From NCBI GenBank assembly GCA_965649765.1, contig OZ287753.1, positions 57,908,001-57,972,000 of the forward strand: DNA of 64,000 nt, written 5' to 3'. A model generated the notes under the pieces. That model saw nothing but the letters and a program-made list of their open reading frames with translations. It was not told the DNA's origin and ran no database searches. The first letter of the stretch is position 1; every line of letters starts with the position of its first letter. The DNA is from Bispira polyomma. Taxonomy: Eukaryota. A program made the position numbers and the translations under genes. Positions 14,136 to 26,236 of this stretch are shown piece after piece.

Positions 14136-16864
14136 GATTTGATTCAACAACCAGGAGGACGAACAATAAGCGTTAAAGTTGAGAACAGTGTAGTGGTAAA
14201 TTTGGGAAATAATAAGGTTTCTAGTAACAAGCAAGTTCCTGATAAAAAAGGGAAAATAAGTATATTAAATATAGACAGTACTCATTCTTATAATAATGTT
14301 AATGTTTGCAACAGTACATTGATACATAATGTTAGTACAACGTGTTCAAATAATGTCACAAGTTTTGTAGATGAGAGCATAGTGACTGACCACATAAGTA
14401 TACCAGAACATTGTGATATACTTATGAATAAATATTTTCAGCATAATTCCAGCAATGCTGTCCAGTCCCAGAGTCATGATCAGGAACCAGTTATTAGTGA
14501 TATGGAATCCCAAAGTTATGGTGATAATGGGAAAGCATTCGACAAAAATAATTTCAGTAGAAAACAGGTAGAAGTGACAGTTAATGTCACAAATTGGCAA
14601 CAATATTGTCTTAATTGGTCTATTTGGGCTCCTATAGTTTTCTTGGATTGTGTTCAGAAACAGATTAAAGGTTTCTACTACATGTATCACCATGGCTGGG
14701 ATAACGAAACGAAATATGTACCTGTGAGTGGTATGCCTCAAGGGGAACTTAAAATCATTCACAGTTATGTCACAGGCATATACATTAATCAAAACGTAAG
14801 AACTGGGTTTCTTATTAACAAAGAAAACCAGCTCAGTCCTGTAGAGATGGAACAAGCAAATAGTGTCTTTTATCACTTTAACAAAGATGTAGAATGTTAT
14901 CAGAAATTTGGTTGTGACTATACTGATCATATAGTTAACATTATTGATAATGTATGTAATGTCGAGACTGAAGTGATTAGCAGTGCAGAGAGAATACAAG
15001 TAAGTACTGCAAATGGAAAAAAGAACCAAAAGGTTTTTTCTTGCGATAAAATTTACACTTGTCCGATTCGTGACTTCTTCTCCCAAACTGACGGTGTGGA
15101 CACCACCCATACAGTAGGCTTTAAGGAAAATTCTGACATTAACTTACCTGAAAAAAAGTAGGATTTATCGCTCTTTCACACACAAACTTTAGCTTTATAG
15201 GCCCGGACCAGAAACCGATAGAAATTGATTCAGTAGAGAAAATGAAAGAGATTGCTGCCATAGTTAGAGGCACTAATATCCCTAATTATAGACAAGCTAG
15301 AATTCCTCTGCTTTCAGGTCTACATCATAGGGCCAGGGAAGAAATGTTAACCGATTACCCAGATCAATTGCCTTTACAATACATTAAGTTCGGTTTTCCG
15401 TTATCACTTAGGGATAAGATTATAAACCACTACTCTGCTCTGCAATACACCAACGAGGTGGGGCAATATCTTGATAAAGAAAAGTCAAAGGGAGCGATGT
15501 TAGGCCCAGTTAAGCAGGTGAATTCACCATATTTTCACTGTTCATCCCTTCTCACAAGGCCGAAAGACACAGACAAGCGTAGAGTAATACTTAACTTATC
15601 ATACCCACAAGGGCGATCTTTAAACGAGAATGTGGACAAAGATTTATTCGACGGCGTAAGATTTACTTTAAAATTTCCAACTATTGATAGCATAACAGAA
15701 GCTATACGCAACACCACAGATCCGGTATTGTTCAAAATTGACGTGGCCAGAGCGTTCCGTAATTTAAGAGTAGATCCGGCTGATGCTTTGAAACTTGGCA
15801 TCCAGTTTGCAGAAGGTCAATATATAGACCCTGCTATCGCGTTTGGGTGGGTACATGGAAGTGCGGCCTTCCAGCGATGTTCGGACGCCATAGCAGCACA
15901 CATGTCGAAACATAGCTTTAGACTATTCTGCTATATAGACGACTACATATGTGTTTGTACTAGGGACAAAGCAGATGAAGGTTTCAATATTTTAAAAAAT
16001 TTATTACTTAAGCTAGGTTTCCCTATGAACGATGATAAGTTAACACCACCCACTACTCACTTAGCATGCTTGGGAATAGATTTCGACATAATAGCAGGTA
16101 CCATCAGCATCCAACAAGAAAAAATTGCGGGTATTATGAGTATGATAACAGAAGTATCAAATAAGCAATACATCTCTCGTACAAAATTCCAGTCCTTATT
16201 AGGCAAGCTTTTATATGTGCACAAATGTGTACAACCAGCAAGAACATTCATTAATAGACTAGTTTTTCAATTTAGAAACAACCAAAACACCAAAAAATTT
16301 GAAATCTCCACTGAAAAGGAAAATGATTTAATTTGGTTTAAGAAATTCTTACCAAAGTACAATGGTATTACATACATTAATCATAAGGACATTTCACACA
16401 TAGACGAATTACATCTGGACGCCTGCTTATCAGGCTTAGGGGGCGTCTGGAACAAAGAAATTTATTCTACTCCATATTATAATGTATATGGCAGAGATCT
16501 CACTATAGTGCATCTGGAGATGCTTAACATTATATTGGCTCTTAAGATTTGGGGTGAAAAATGGGCTCACAGTAGACTGATAATTCACTGTGATAACATG
16601 GCTGTTGTACTGGTTGTTGAAAGCCAACAGACAAAAGACTCATTCCTAGCATTATGCTTGAGAAACATATGGTTATTGACAGCTACATATGATATCATTA
16701 TTGACATTAGACATATTCCAGGTAAGGACAATATTATAGCTGATGCATTATCTAGAATTTACTGTGAAACACGACCTAGCAGGGAAATATTACAAAATTT
16801 AGACAAAAACTATAACTGGAATCATGTTCGCATACAACATTTTGACCTGAATCTATTAATATAA
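14136..16864 (+). pseudogene. Element 1 pol: N-terminal extension + reverse transcriptase + RNase H (one frameshift near 15155)
   Basis: KIDVARAFRNL, AFGWVHGS, CYIDDY; RNase H DAC..E..CDN..ADALSR; -1 frame GFIALSHT matches the uninterrupted element 2 frame. Confidence 0.92.
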
Positions 16865-16870
16865 TTACAG

Positions 16871-17847
16871 GTTCTACAACCATCAGCCAACATTACATCA
16901 GCTCAGCCTGCAGCAGAATTGACACAGCCCTGAGACCAAAGACTACTGCTGCTTATGAGAATCAGTTCAAAACATTTTTGGCATTCAATAATTTCTCAGG
17001 CATTTCAACTATTTCTGTACATTCTGTCTTAGCATTTTTGGAATATTTAACTCAGAATAATATTTCCCCTCCTGTAGTGGCAAATTACATATCCTCGTTG
17101 AAATTTATGGCCAAGAAATTGAATTGGGATGTAGCTCCATTCAGCCACAACTCTGTGGCTCTGTTCATCAGAAGCATTACAATTAACTCAGATTTTCGTC
17201 CAAAACACAAAGGATTGTTTGAGATTTCACAATTAGCCAAAATTTCAGCAGCATGTGACATATTAGATGACCCTTTACTCTACAGATCTATATTTTTACT
17301 TGCTTATTTTGCTTTCCTCAGGTTGTCCAACATTGCTCCACACTCTAGGGCATCTTTTGATAATACTAGACATTTTCTTAGACAAGATGTAATCTTTGGA
17401 CAACCTGGGGCCCACATCATTCTGAAATGGGCCAAAAATCAACAAAATAGAACAGACACCCATATTATACAAATCCCACAGCTACAGAATAGGCTTATTT
17501 GCCCAGTATTAGCACTACAGAAACTATTATCGTCAAGATCTTTACCCCCTACGGCACCACTTTTTGCAATGACTTACACTCCATATCACACAGTAGTAGA
17601 AACACATGTGAGAATTGCCTTGGAAAAAGTACTTACACACATTGGCATCCAATATTCTTCCCATGGCTTCCACACATTCAGAAGGTCTGGAGCCACCTTT
17701 GCTTTCAACCACAATGTATCTTTACAAAATATAATGGCCCACGGGCTATGGCGATCATCATCAGTTTGGGCTTACTTACAGAAAACATCTCAGGCAGCAT
17801 CAGTGGTGCCTAATACCTTTGCCTCTGCTATTCCTCCTTCTTTCTAG
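16871..17847 (+). CDS. Element 1 tyrosine recombinase (open from a predicted splice acceptor; no early ATG)
   Basis: Catalytic R (FLRLSNI), K (WAKN), HxxR (HTFRRSG), HGLWRS, Y (AYL). Confidence 0.92.
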
Positions 17848-17855
17848 TTGGGCTT

Positions 17856-18256
17856 GGGGCTTAAAATTTACTAAAATTTTAACCATGATTTTACAAAATG
17901 TTTATCTGTACATAGTACTAATATGTATATAAAATAAAAGCTCAAACTGAATCTTCTTACTGACTTACAAAACCTTTTACACTGATCTTTATACCTCTAT
18001 AACTTAAGTGGACTGTGCCCAGCAGTTCCCTTTAGGAGACTGCTAGTTCAGTCCACACACTACTATTCATTACACAACCTTAATTTCGGTTACACCATAG
18101 CTATGTAGCTACACCTGTTGTATACTAAGCACTAACCAATCAAATCACATACACTTGCTGTTTATGCTTCTCTTCTTAAAACTCTATATTGAATTTTCAT
18201 TCAAGTCACAGATTTCAAATGAAACACAAGTGCAAAACAGAATATATTTTTTACAA
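17856..18256 (+). repeat. Element 1 internal B1 (17856-18015) + A2 (18016-18256) junction
   Basis: B1 matches B2 (2 mismatches in 160 bp); A2 matches A1. Confidence 0.95.
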
Positions 18257-18411
18257 CCCACCACCTCCCCTTAACCACAGCTTCCTGCTAGACTAATATT
18301 CAGCAGTACAGGTTGCCATGTAAAGTAGATTCACTCTTCATTAATGCTTTGGGAACAGACTACTACAGTATGTTTCCAAAAGGAAACTCGGCTAGAGCGG
18401 AAGGTGGATTC

Positions 18412-18544
18412 GAACCAGTGGCCATGTGGAGGGGCGATTCTGTCACTTATGCCTTCCCTGGGTCATACAATGCTTCGCCAGGAGGGGGTATGACCGGCAG
18501 AATTTCCCCTTGGCTAGGCGGTTGGTGCCATAGGCCGTTGGTTC
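18412..18544 (+). ncRNA. Putative structured cis-element in element 1 spacer
   Basis: Stems gaaccagtggcc/ggccgttggttc and gaggggcgattctgtc/ggcagaatttcccctt with G-U pairs; same topology in element 2. Confidence 0.55.
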
Positions 18545-18978
18545 CAAATCTTAGCCTGAACCTCGAATGCTAACAAGAGTGCTTAGTTGTAATGTGGTCA
18601 TTATAACGTATAAACTCGTTCATAGAACGAGAGTGTACAGAATATATGGGAATTGCAAGAAATGTTCAAACTTTAAATCTGTTAGTAACAATTACAGGAG
18701 TGGCTGTGAATAGTTTCTATGTATAAATAATGTGAACAAAGAGGAGAACACGGTTTATGAATGATTTACGGGTAAAGGAAATGTGCTCTACACAAGGTTT
18801 ATGATGAAATTATTCTTTTACATGTAACTTTTATTTTTTTTAATTCTATGGCTTGAATGTAACAAGAATGTTTTAGTATATTATATTAGTTATTGCATTA
18901 TTATTGGCTAGTCCTGATTTTTTTGTATTGGTTATATGTTTTATTGTTACGGCTAGTCCTTTGTCAGTCCCGTTGATA

Positions 18979-19138
18979 GGGGCTTAAAATTTACTAAAAT
19001 TTTAACCATGATTTTACAAATTGTTTATCTGTACATAGTACTAATATGTATATAAAATAAAAGCTCAAACTGAATCTTCTTACTGACTTACAAAACCTTT
19101 TACACTGATCTTTATACCTCTATAACTTAAGTAGACTG
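18979..19138 (+). repeat. Element 1 terminal repeat B2
   Basis: ggggcttaaaattt...taagtagactg, copy of B1. Confidence 0.95.
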
Positions 19139-19380
19139 ACTGTAAAAATGACATGCATTGTTACATTTATAAGACGTTTTTCCTGAACATTTCTTAAAAA
19201 AGAACCAATAATTAGCTGCTCATGAGTTACATAATTCCAAATAAGAATAACATGAACCTCTCTTATATTGTCTAAAAATTGGGTTAATTACTTTGACTTT
19301 ACAAAATACATTATTTTAGATTTTAACAGGTTATTTGTTAATTGTTAAATGTTGGATTGTGTTTGTTATGATTTAGATAT

Positions 19381-22070
19381 CTAAAAATATATTTCCCAAA
19401 TTGACCATTTCTTTTTGAAGAAATCACATGAGTGGTTTGTTTTAGATACATATTCTTGTTCTAGATGCTTATCCTTTATTATCTTTTGTAATCGATATAT
19501 ATTTAAATTGTGGTTATTTTTGGCACATGTAAATATGTATTGCCTAGTAATTACTAAAACAAAATTTAAAGGCCAGTATATTTTATCTCGGTACCAGTAT
19601 CCCAATATAAGAGTGGCCTGATTCAATTCTAGATTCACATTTATTTTTAATTCAATCCAAGATTTGACATTATTCCACAATTCTTTAACAACAGAACACT
19701 CTGAAAAAATATGTAAAATACTTTCACTGTTTTCACCACACATTCTACACAAATCTGAATTTGATATTTTTAATTTGTGCATATATTCTTTAGTGCCAAT
19801 TGTTCTGTGTATAATTTTAAATTCCATATATATGAATTATCTAATATTGAATAGAAGCACATATATATGAAGTCCATATATATGAATTATCTAATATTGA
19901 ATAGAAGCACACATTATATATTGATTTCCACATCTCTTTTTCACTTCTAATGTTGAGTTCTTGATTCCATTTTAACTGGTTCTTTCTATTATACGTTTCA
20001 GAATGACACAATGCATTATACACATCTTTGTTACCTTTTGTACAACTAATTAATATTGATATGTGGAATATATGGTCGCATACCATTTTCCAATTATCCC
20101 CTTTTTTGTTACTATTTATATATAGACTAATACGTTGCTTCACTGTAAGGTAATTTAGAAAGTTAATGTTTAACTTATACCTAAGTTTTAGATCTTCTAG
20201 ACCTATCATTTGATCATTTGAATCTAAAAGATCCCCAATTGTGTTAATGCCTCTTTTAGACCAATTTGAAAAATAAAGTTTGTTGCTGGAGATGTTTTTG
20301 TTGAACCAGATACAACTATGCATGATGTCATTATTTGACTGGATTTTTTTTTTACTCTACATGTTTCTATCCAATCCATTTTACATATGGTCTTTCTATT
20401 AATTTTATCTGGTTTTCCATCCCATAAATAGTGGTATGAAAGCTTATTTAATTCTTCAAGGGTACAGGGATTGTTAAAAAGAGATGATTAAATTTTGATA
20501 GGATCAGTGTTTTGATCACAGTTATTTTTCCAATGGGGGTTAGTATCCTGTTCTTCCACGACTTGAGAATATTTTTTACTTTTTCAAACACCTTATCATA
20601 ATTTATAGATGGGATATTATTTAAATTGGTTGAAAGTTCTAATCCCAAAAGTGAAAAATTGTGATCTCCCCAGTGTAGTTCTAATGAAACATTTAGCTTA
20701 TATTTGGAAAGCTTTTTACTGCCAATCCAAATAACTTTTGTCTTTTCTTTATTCATTCTTAACCCAGATAAATTTCCAAATATCTCTATTGTATTCAAAG
20801 CTGCCTGCAAAGAACGTCTACTACCATCTAGTATTAAGGTGGTGTCATTTGCAAATTGTGTAAGTTTAATTGTTTGGTTTCCTATTGTTATGCCTTTAAT
20901 ATCAATTTTTTTTTCAATTAATATAGTTAATATTTCAGCTGCAAACAAGAATAGATATGATGAAATCGGATCACCCTGTCTACACCCCTTTTCTATAGAT
21001 ATAGGGTCAGACATTACACCACATTGTAGTACATAAGCAATAACATTAGTATTAAAAAGTTTAATCCAATTTATAAAATCGTCAAAACCAAAAATGTATA
21101 ACACTTCATACAAAAATTTCCATGAAACTGAATCGAAAGCTTTTTCAAAATCAATCAGCAGTAACAAGCCGGGTATTTTCTTATTTTCTGTATAATGCAT
21201 TAAGTCATATGTAAGTCTAACGCCTTCTGTGATATGTCTGCCTTTTATAAAACCTGACTGGCTGTTTGAGATGATATTATCTAAATGTGGCTTCAACTTA
21301 TTGACTATAGCAGCTGATGCTAGTTTATATATAACGCATAATAGTGAGATAGGACGCCAATTTTAAATTAATTTTCTATCTTTGTTTCCTTTAGGTAGAC
21401 AGGTGATAATAACTTGCCTCATTGATATTGATAGTTGACCTTTTTTATAGCAAGAATTGATGCCATTGGTAATGAAAATTTTTAATTTTCCCAAAAATAC
21501 TTTCAAAAACTCAGCAGAAATACCATCTATCCCAGGCGATTTATTGTTTTTCATATTTTTAAGTGTAATACTTAGTTCAGATGTTTGGATATTACTTCCA
21601 AGATTGAATTCTTGAACTTTTTTAATAGCTGAAATGTATATTTTGTCAGAAAGATCAGATGTTTCTAATTCATCATCTCTATGTCTGAACAAGTCGCTAT
21701 AGAAATTTGCTACTTCTTTTAAAATACTTTTTTGGTCCATTATAATTGTACCATTTGTTAGCTCAAGCTTCTTAATCGTTTTATCAATAAAGGATTTATT
21801 CTTTAGTTTACAAAAATATGAAGTAGGTTTTTCCCCCTGACTTAGCCATTGCATTCTTGATCTAATTATGTGACCCTTGATTTTATGTTTGCACAAGCTT
21901 TCCAGTTCCACTTTTTTGTCTTCTAGCAACTTACTGTTGTTTTTACTAAAATTGTTTTCCGTATTTTCCAAACTATTTATATCTTGAATTAATGTACTTT
22001 CTTTAGAATTATGCTTCTTTTTGAGATATGTGGCATATTTAATTGTCTCTCCTCTTATCTGCAAAAACAA
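19381..22070 (-). pseudogene. LINE ORF2 (RT + C-terminal CCHC finger), frameshifted
   Basis: KSPGIDG, LLLIDFEKAFDSVSW, GCRQGDPIS, QFANDTT (YADD equivalent, mutated), CRMCGENSESILHIFSEC; ~50-bp internal tandem duplication at about 19821-19911. Confidence 0.9.
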
Positions 22071-22945
22071 AAGTTCTAAAAAGAGATCACTCTCAAAAAA
22101 TCATTTTTACTGGTATAACATCAACATTTCTTACTGGTGTAACGGTTGACCTTTATTGACCTGTGTTTAACTTAAGGTCCCTTTACCTAGTAATTGACAG
22201 TCTATAACTTGTTCGTTTTCAACGCATAGTTATGGTGCAGCAATGTTTAATTGTCATATTATATCATTATAGATTAACTGTACAACATAACCAATAAGTG
22301 CCCTTTGGACCAACCTTTAACAGATTGACATAAAAAGCTGTGAGTAAGTCACATTTCTCAATTAATCTACATACATATATATATATGCAGCACTTTATGG
22401 ACATTAACTTTATCACAAATGCCACACTCTTTATCCCCATGTAGCTCTTAGCTTTTTCTTTGTGATTCTAAGTGTAAAACTGTTATTAATACAAGTGACC
22501 ACATATACCCAATTTATAACCTTTAGTTCAGTGACTTTTTCCCCGACATCAAGCTCTCAGACAATCCATTACCACGGTGCCTGGTTTACATTGTTCACTG
22601 ACCTTTGAAGACAAGGTTGTTGTTTCCCCCTTGATTTCATTATTTGGGCTCTTTAAGCATATAGTGACAATATACGAGGGAAAAGACTTTGCCACACTAT
22701 CAATGTTCCACCCGCCGCTGGCCTCAGTGGTGTAGTGGTTAGTAGTGCCTGCTGCACACAATCACTGGCCTCTCACCATTGTGGGTTCAAATCTTTGTCA
22801 TTGATTCATTTGGTAAAGTTTTTGATGTACATGACATAGTTTGATAGTTTATGGTTATTTTTCACTAGCTTTTTTTTATCAGTAAATCTGGAATCTGGCC
22901 GTTGTGATGTGGCGTAAGTAAAAACATCCCTTTGAATATTTCACA

Positions 22946-23131
22946 NNNNNNNNNNNNNNNNNNNNNNNNNNNNNNNNNNNNNNNNNNNNNNNNNNNNNNN
23001 NNNNNNNNNNNNNNNNNNNNNNNNNNNNNNNNNNNNNNNNNNNNNNNNNNNNNNNNNNNNNNNNNNNNNNNNNNNNNNNNNNNNNNNNNNNNNNNNNNNN
23101 NNNNNNNNNNNNNNNNNNNNNNNNNNNNNNN
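22946..23131. other. Assembly gap (186 N)
   Basis: Run of n; lies where copy 1 of duplication A has a (TA)n tract. Confidence 1.
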
Positions 23132-26100
23132 TGGGAATTGCAAATTGGTTAGTGACAGAAATTGTCCCACTTTTATCTCATTTGGCTATTTAAAATTTAC
23201 TTCTTAAAATAAATTAAAGCAGAGTTTTATAGCTAACATATTTTAATTTGATTAAATGTGATGGCAATTGATGGGGTGAATAACATTTTGAAAAAATCAA
23301 ACATATAATATCACATAGGTGTGATTAGGAATGTAATCTTTTATTAATATTTTAAGTTCAAAGAATACATACATCAGTGAGATAGAATTTCCAGTGACAT
23401 TCTTCAGTAGAATAATGACACATCCAGAAAGTATGTTCTTGTCCTAATACTATGTTGAATATAACCTGAATAATGTGTTTTGTTGTAATTTGGAATGCAA
23501 TCAAACTACAATCAAACTGAAATATACTGACCTATAAATTGAGCTACCAATAACAATTGAACAGAAAAGCTATCGAAATTCCTTTAGGAAAAATCTACCT
23601 AAACAGAATAGATTTTATTGTATGCAAAATCAATCAAAATAATTAATTTCATTTGTTATTTATAAGTAGCCACAGTTATCAAAATTATAAATAAACATAT
23701 TATACAATTTACTCATACATAACTTTTTTTTAAATTTCGAAGGACTCTTTATGATACATTCTAAAGTGACACATTTCTGAGACACAGATATTTCCAGGAA
23801 AGTTGTCAACAGAAATAGAAAAACGCATTATTCTTATCGATGTTATAAAAATCTGTTAAAGGCTGTGTGTTGGCCTTTCCTTGATATCCCAATTAATTTG
23901 CTCACTGTGTTGTATGGAAATATAAGTCACTCTGATATTCAAGGACATATTTGCTTATCAAGTCTTATTCGTTCTGCTATTTTACATTAAGTTCATTTTG
24001 CAACAGCCGATAGAGACCACAACAAAAAGTTGTGAGGTCATTCATTATCTGTAAGCAATACACAACTGAACATGGTTAAAGAGATGAATAATATTTTATA
24101 AGTGAAGTATATCATTCTAAATTTGTCAGCATATTTGTGATGAACCTTTTTAATGCCATTATCTACTGGATTCGTTAACTTAAGCATTTCAACATCTAAC
24201 GCTATAATATTAGAAAGCTTTACAGGAAAATGTGTAAGCAATGTAACCAAAGAATTTGAAAATACTACTGCAAACCAAAAAAATGGTAATTGAACTTTTG
24301 TTTAAAGTTGTAATATTCTCATATTTGCCTCTTTAATAGTAAAAAAGGCAAGTCACAGTTTCATTATTTGTTGTGGGGGTATAACTTTAATGTAAAAAGT
24401 GGGACATGTATATATCCATATTGTATCAAGGAATATCTTTCTATGTCTCCCCTAATCTTTGGTGACTTGTTTTTCCCAAGGCCTAACAAACTCAATATCT
24501 GTCACTATTTTGGTGAGGCAAGGGGGTTCGGATTGTTTACTCCACCAAGACACAAGTTTTGTGTGTATTTTACTCAATATATCACAAACCCTACAAATTT
24601 GCCAAAATAAATCAGCACTCATGATCTGGATATAAAAACGAAATCCTCAGGTTAGTTATTGCATTTATTGATTTGGAGTAATTTGCCAGCCAGTGCTTGT
24701 GGGAAAACTAGGGGTTGATTATATAGGCCACAGGGCCCCTTTAATTCACACACTTCCTGATAATTTTCCCGTCTCAGTCACGGAATGCGAAATACCAACA
24801 GCTCAAATTGTAACGAAAACAGAGATTCATGTTGGTTGAAGTTTGTAAACCGAATTTATACCTAAACCTAAGGCAATCAAATGGTGATATTAGGAGATAA
24901 TATGATGTGTTTGAGTTTATGCTATTGGTAGCATGTCATTATACACACTGATAATATCATTTGTTTGCTTATGTTTCCAATTAGTCCCATGATGTATGTA
25001 AGTCTACTTGTTCAAAAACGGTTAAAATGGACAATCAGTTTTCTTGATTTATGTACCTGCATTTATTGGTGATGTTAACTAAAATATGTTGCTTTAACAT
25101 AACAGCCTTAAATGGAAGCCATGCATCATCTGTGGTGCACATCCAAATAAGTAAGCAAAGAATAGTCTGATAGGGAAAAGGGCTCCTGATCAGAGTTCAG
25201 TAATGACCAGGATACAAAAGTTAAGGCAGAAAAGATTGTTTTGAATTTTTGCAGCTGGTTTGTTCGACCCTGTCCAATTCTAAACTGTAGTAAGTTTCAG
25301 TGATTAAGTCTATTTGCCACCGGGGTATTTGCAACTGTAACAGCATGTTCCAAAATTGTGGATGTTGCAGTGATAGAATCGACAGATGTTTGAAACATGT
25401 ATGTCAAAGAAGAAATCAGAATCAAAGAGGTTCCCAGGTTTTTGGCACTATCTGCAGGGAAAGTGTTGTTACCAAGGAGAGTTGCTTGAAAAAAATTTGG
25501 AACCTTTTTCCTCTTATGTTTAGAACCAATAAGTAAAAATTATGTTTTGTCAGAATGGAAGAAGACTAAGAGGTTTAATCGGAAGCGACTACAATTTTTA
25601 AGCAGGTGACAAACTAGGTTAGCCATACCACACAAGGTTAAGCCGACACATATCAAGGGGTTTGAAACTGGTTTGTTATCGTCAATAATGATAAATTATA
25701 TATTGTCTTGGTAGCGCCAAGTTTAGAATATGGCAATGCTAAACTTAATTTAAACTTGTCTTGAAAACTGGCAGCATGTTGGTCAAGGATATTTTGCAAG
25801 ACAGAAGGTATTTTGCCAACTTTCTGACATGTATGCCAGGATTGAAGATAAAAAAAAAACAACCTCAGAAATAAGAAGTGACAGTAGTACCATGGAGTAA
25901 GCATCAAAACAGTTTTCAAGTTTGATAATTATTGTTTATCATCTATCAACTATTTCCCATTATGGCTATGTAGCTGATAACCCTTACATACGAAAATCCT
26001 AAAACAAATTAACATAGCCCTCTAAACTGTGTGTATTCTATCCTGTAATATCATTGGGGGGATAATATCGGGACAAGATTTGACCATACCACTACCTTTT

Positions 26101-26236
26101 AATGACGAATGGTGTCATTCTATAGGATTTGAATTTAGTTAGGTTTTTCCTTACTTTCAACAGCCTGTCAATATCGTGACGGTCAGATTTAATGGTTAAA
26201 GAAAAATTTTCCCACATAAAGGGACAAACAGGATTG

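Larger units (their letters stand above)
12430..19138 (+). mobile_element. YR retrotransposon 1 (DIRS order, Ngaro/PAT-type split direct repeats), full length but decayed
   Basis: A1 12430-12669, gag-like ORF, RT/RNase H, YR, B1 17856-18015, A2 18016-18256, spacer, B2 18979-19138; no TSD. Confidence 0.95.
12335..22100 (-). mobile_element. 5'-truncated L1/Tx1-like LINE, interrupted in its 3' UTR by YR element 1
   Basis: ORF2 pieces at 19381-22070; polyA (T-run 12335-12342) with AATAAA on the minus strand at 12352-12357; candidate TSD tcattttt at 12332-12339 and 22101-22108. Confidence 0.8.
12050..25620 (+). repeat. Segmental duplication A, copy 2 (interrupted by LINE + YR element and an N gap)
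   Basis: Homology to copy 1 stops at about 12334 and resumes at about 22100. Confidence 0.8.

Noticed and set aside
14346-15110. 254-aa antisense ORF in element 1, and other antisense ORFs over the YR elements
   Set aside because: Not conserved at comparable length or sequence in element 2; shadows of the sense ORFs
15148-15165. A-AAA-AAG before TAG in element 1 pol as a programmed -1 frameshift
   Set aside because: Element 2 is continuous here (FPDKDMGFIALSH); a single-A loss in a homopolymer of a decayed copy is simpler
18313-18573. 86-aa ORF in the element 1 spacer
   Set aside because: No counterpart in the element 2 spacer; explained by the GC-rich structured segment
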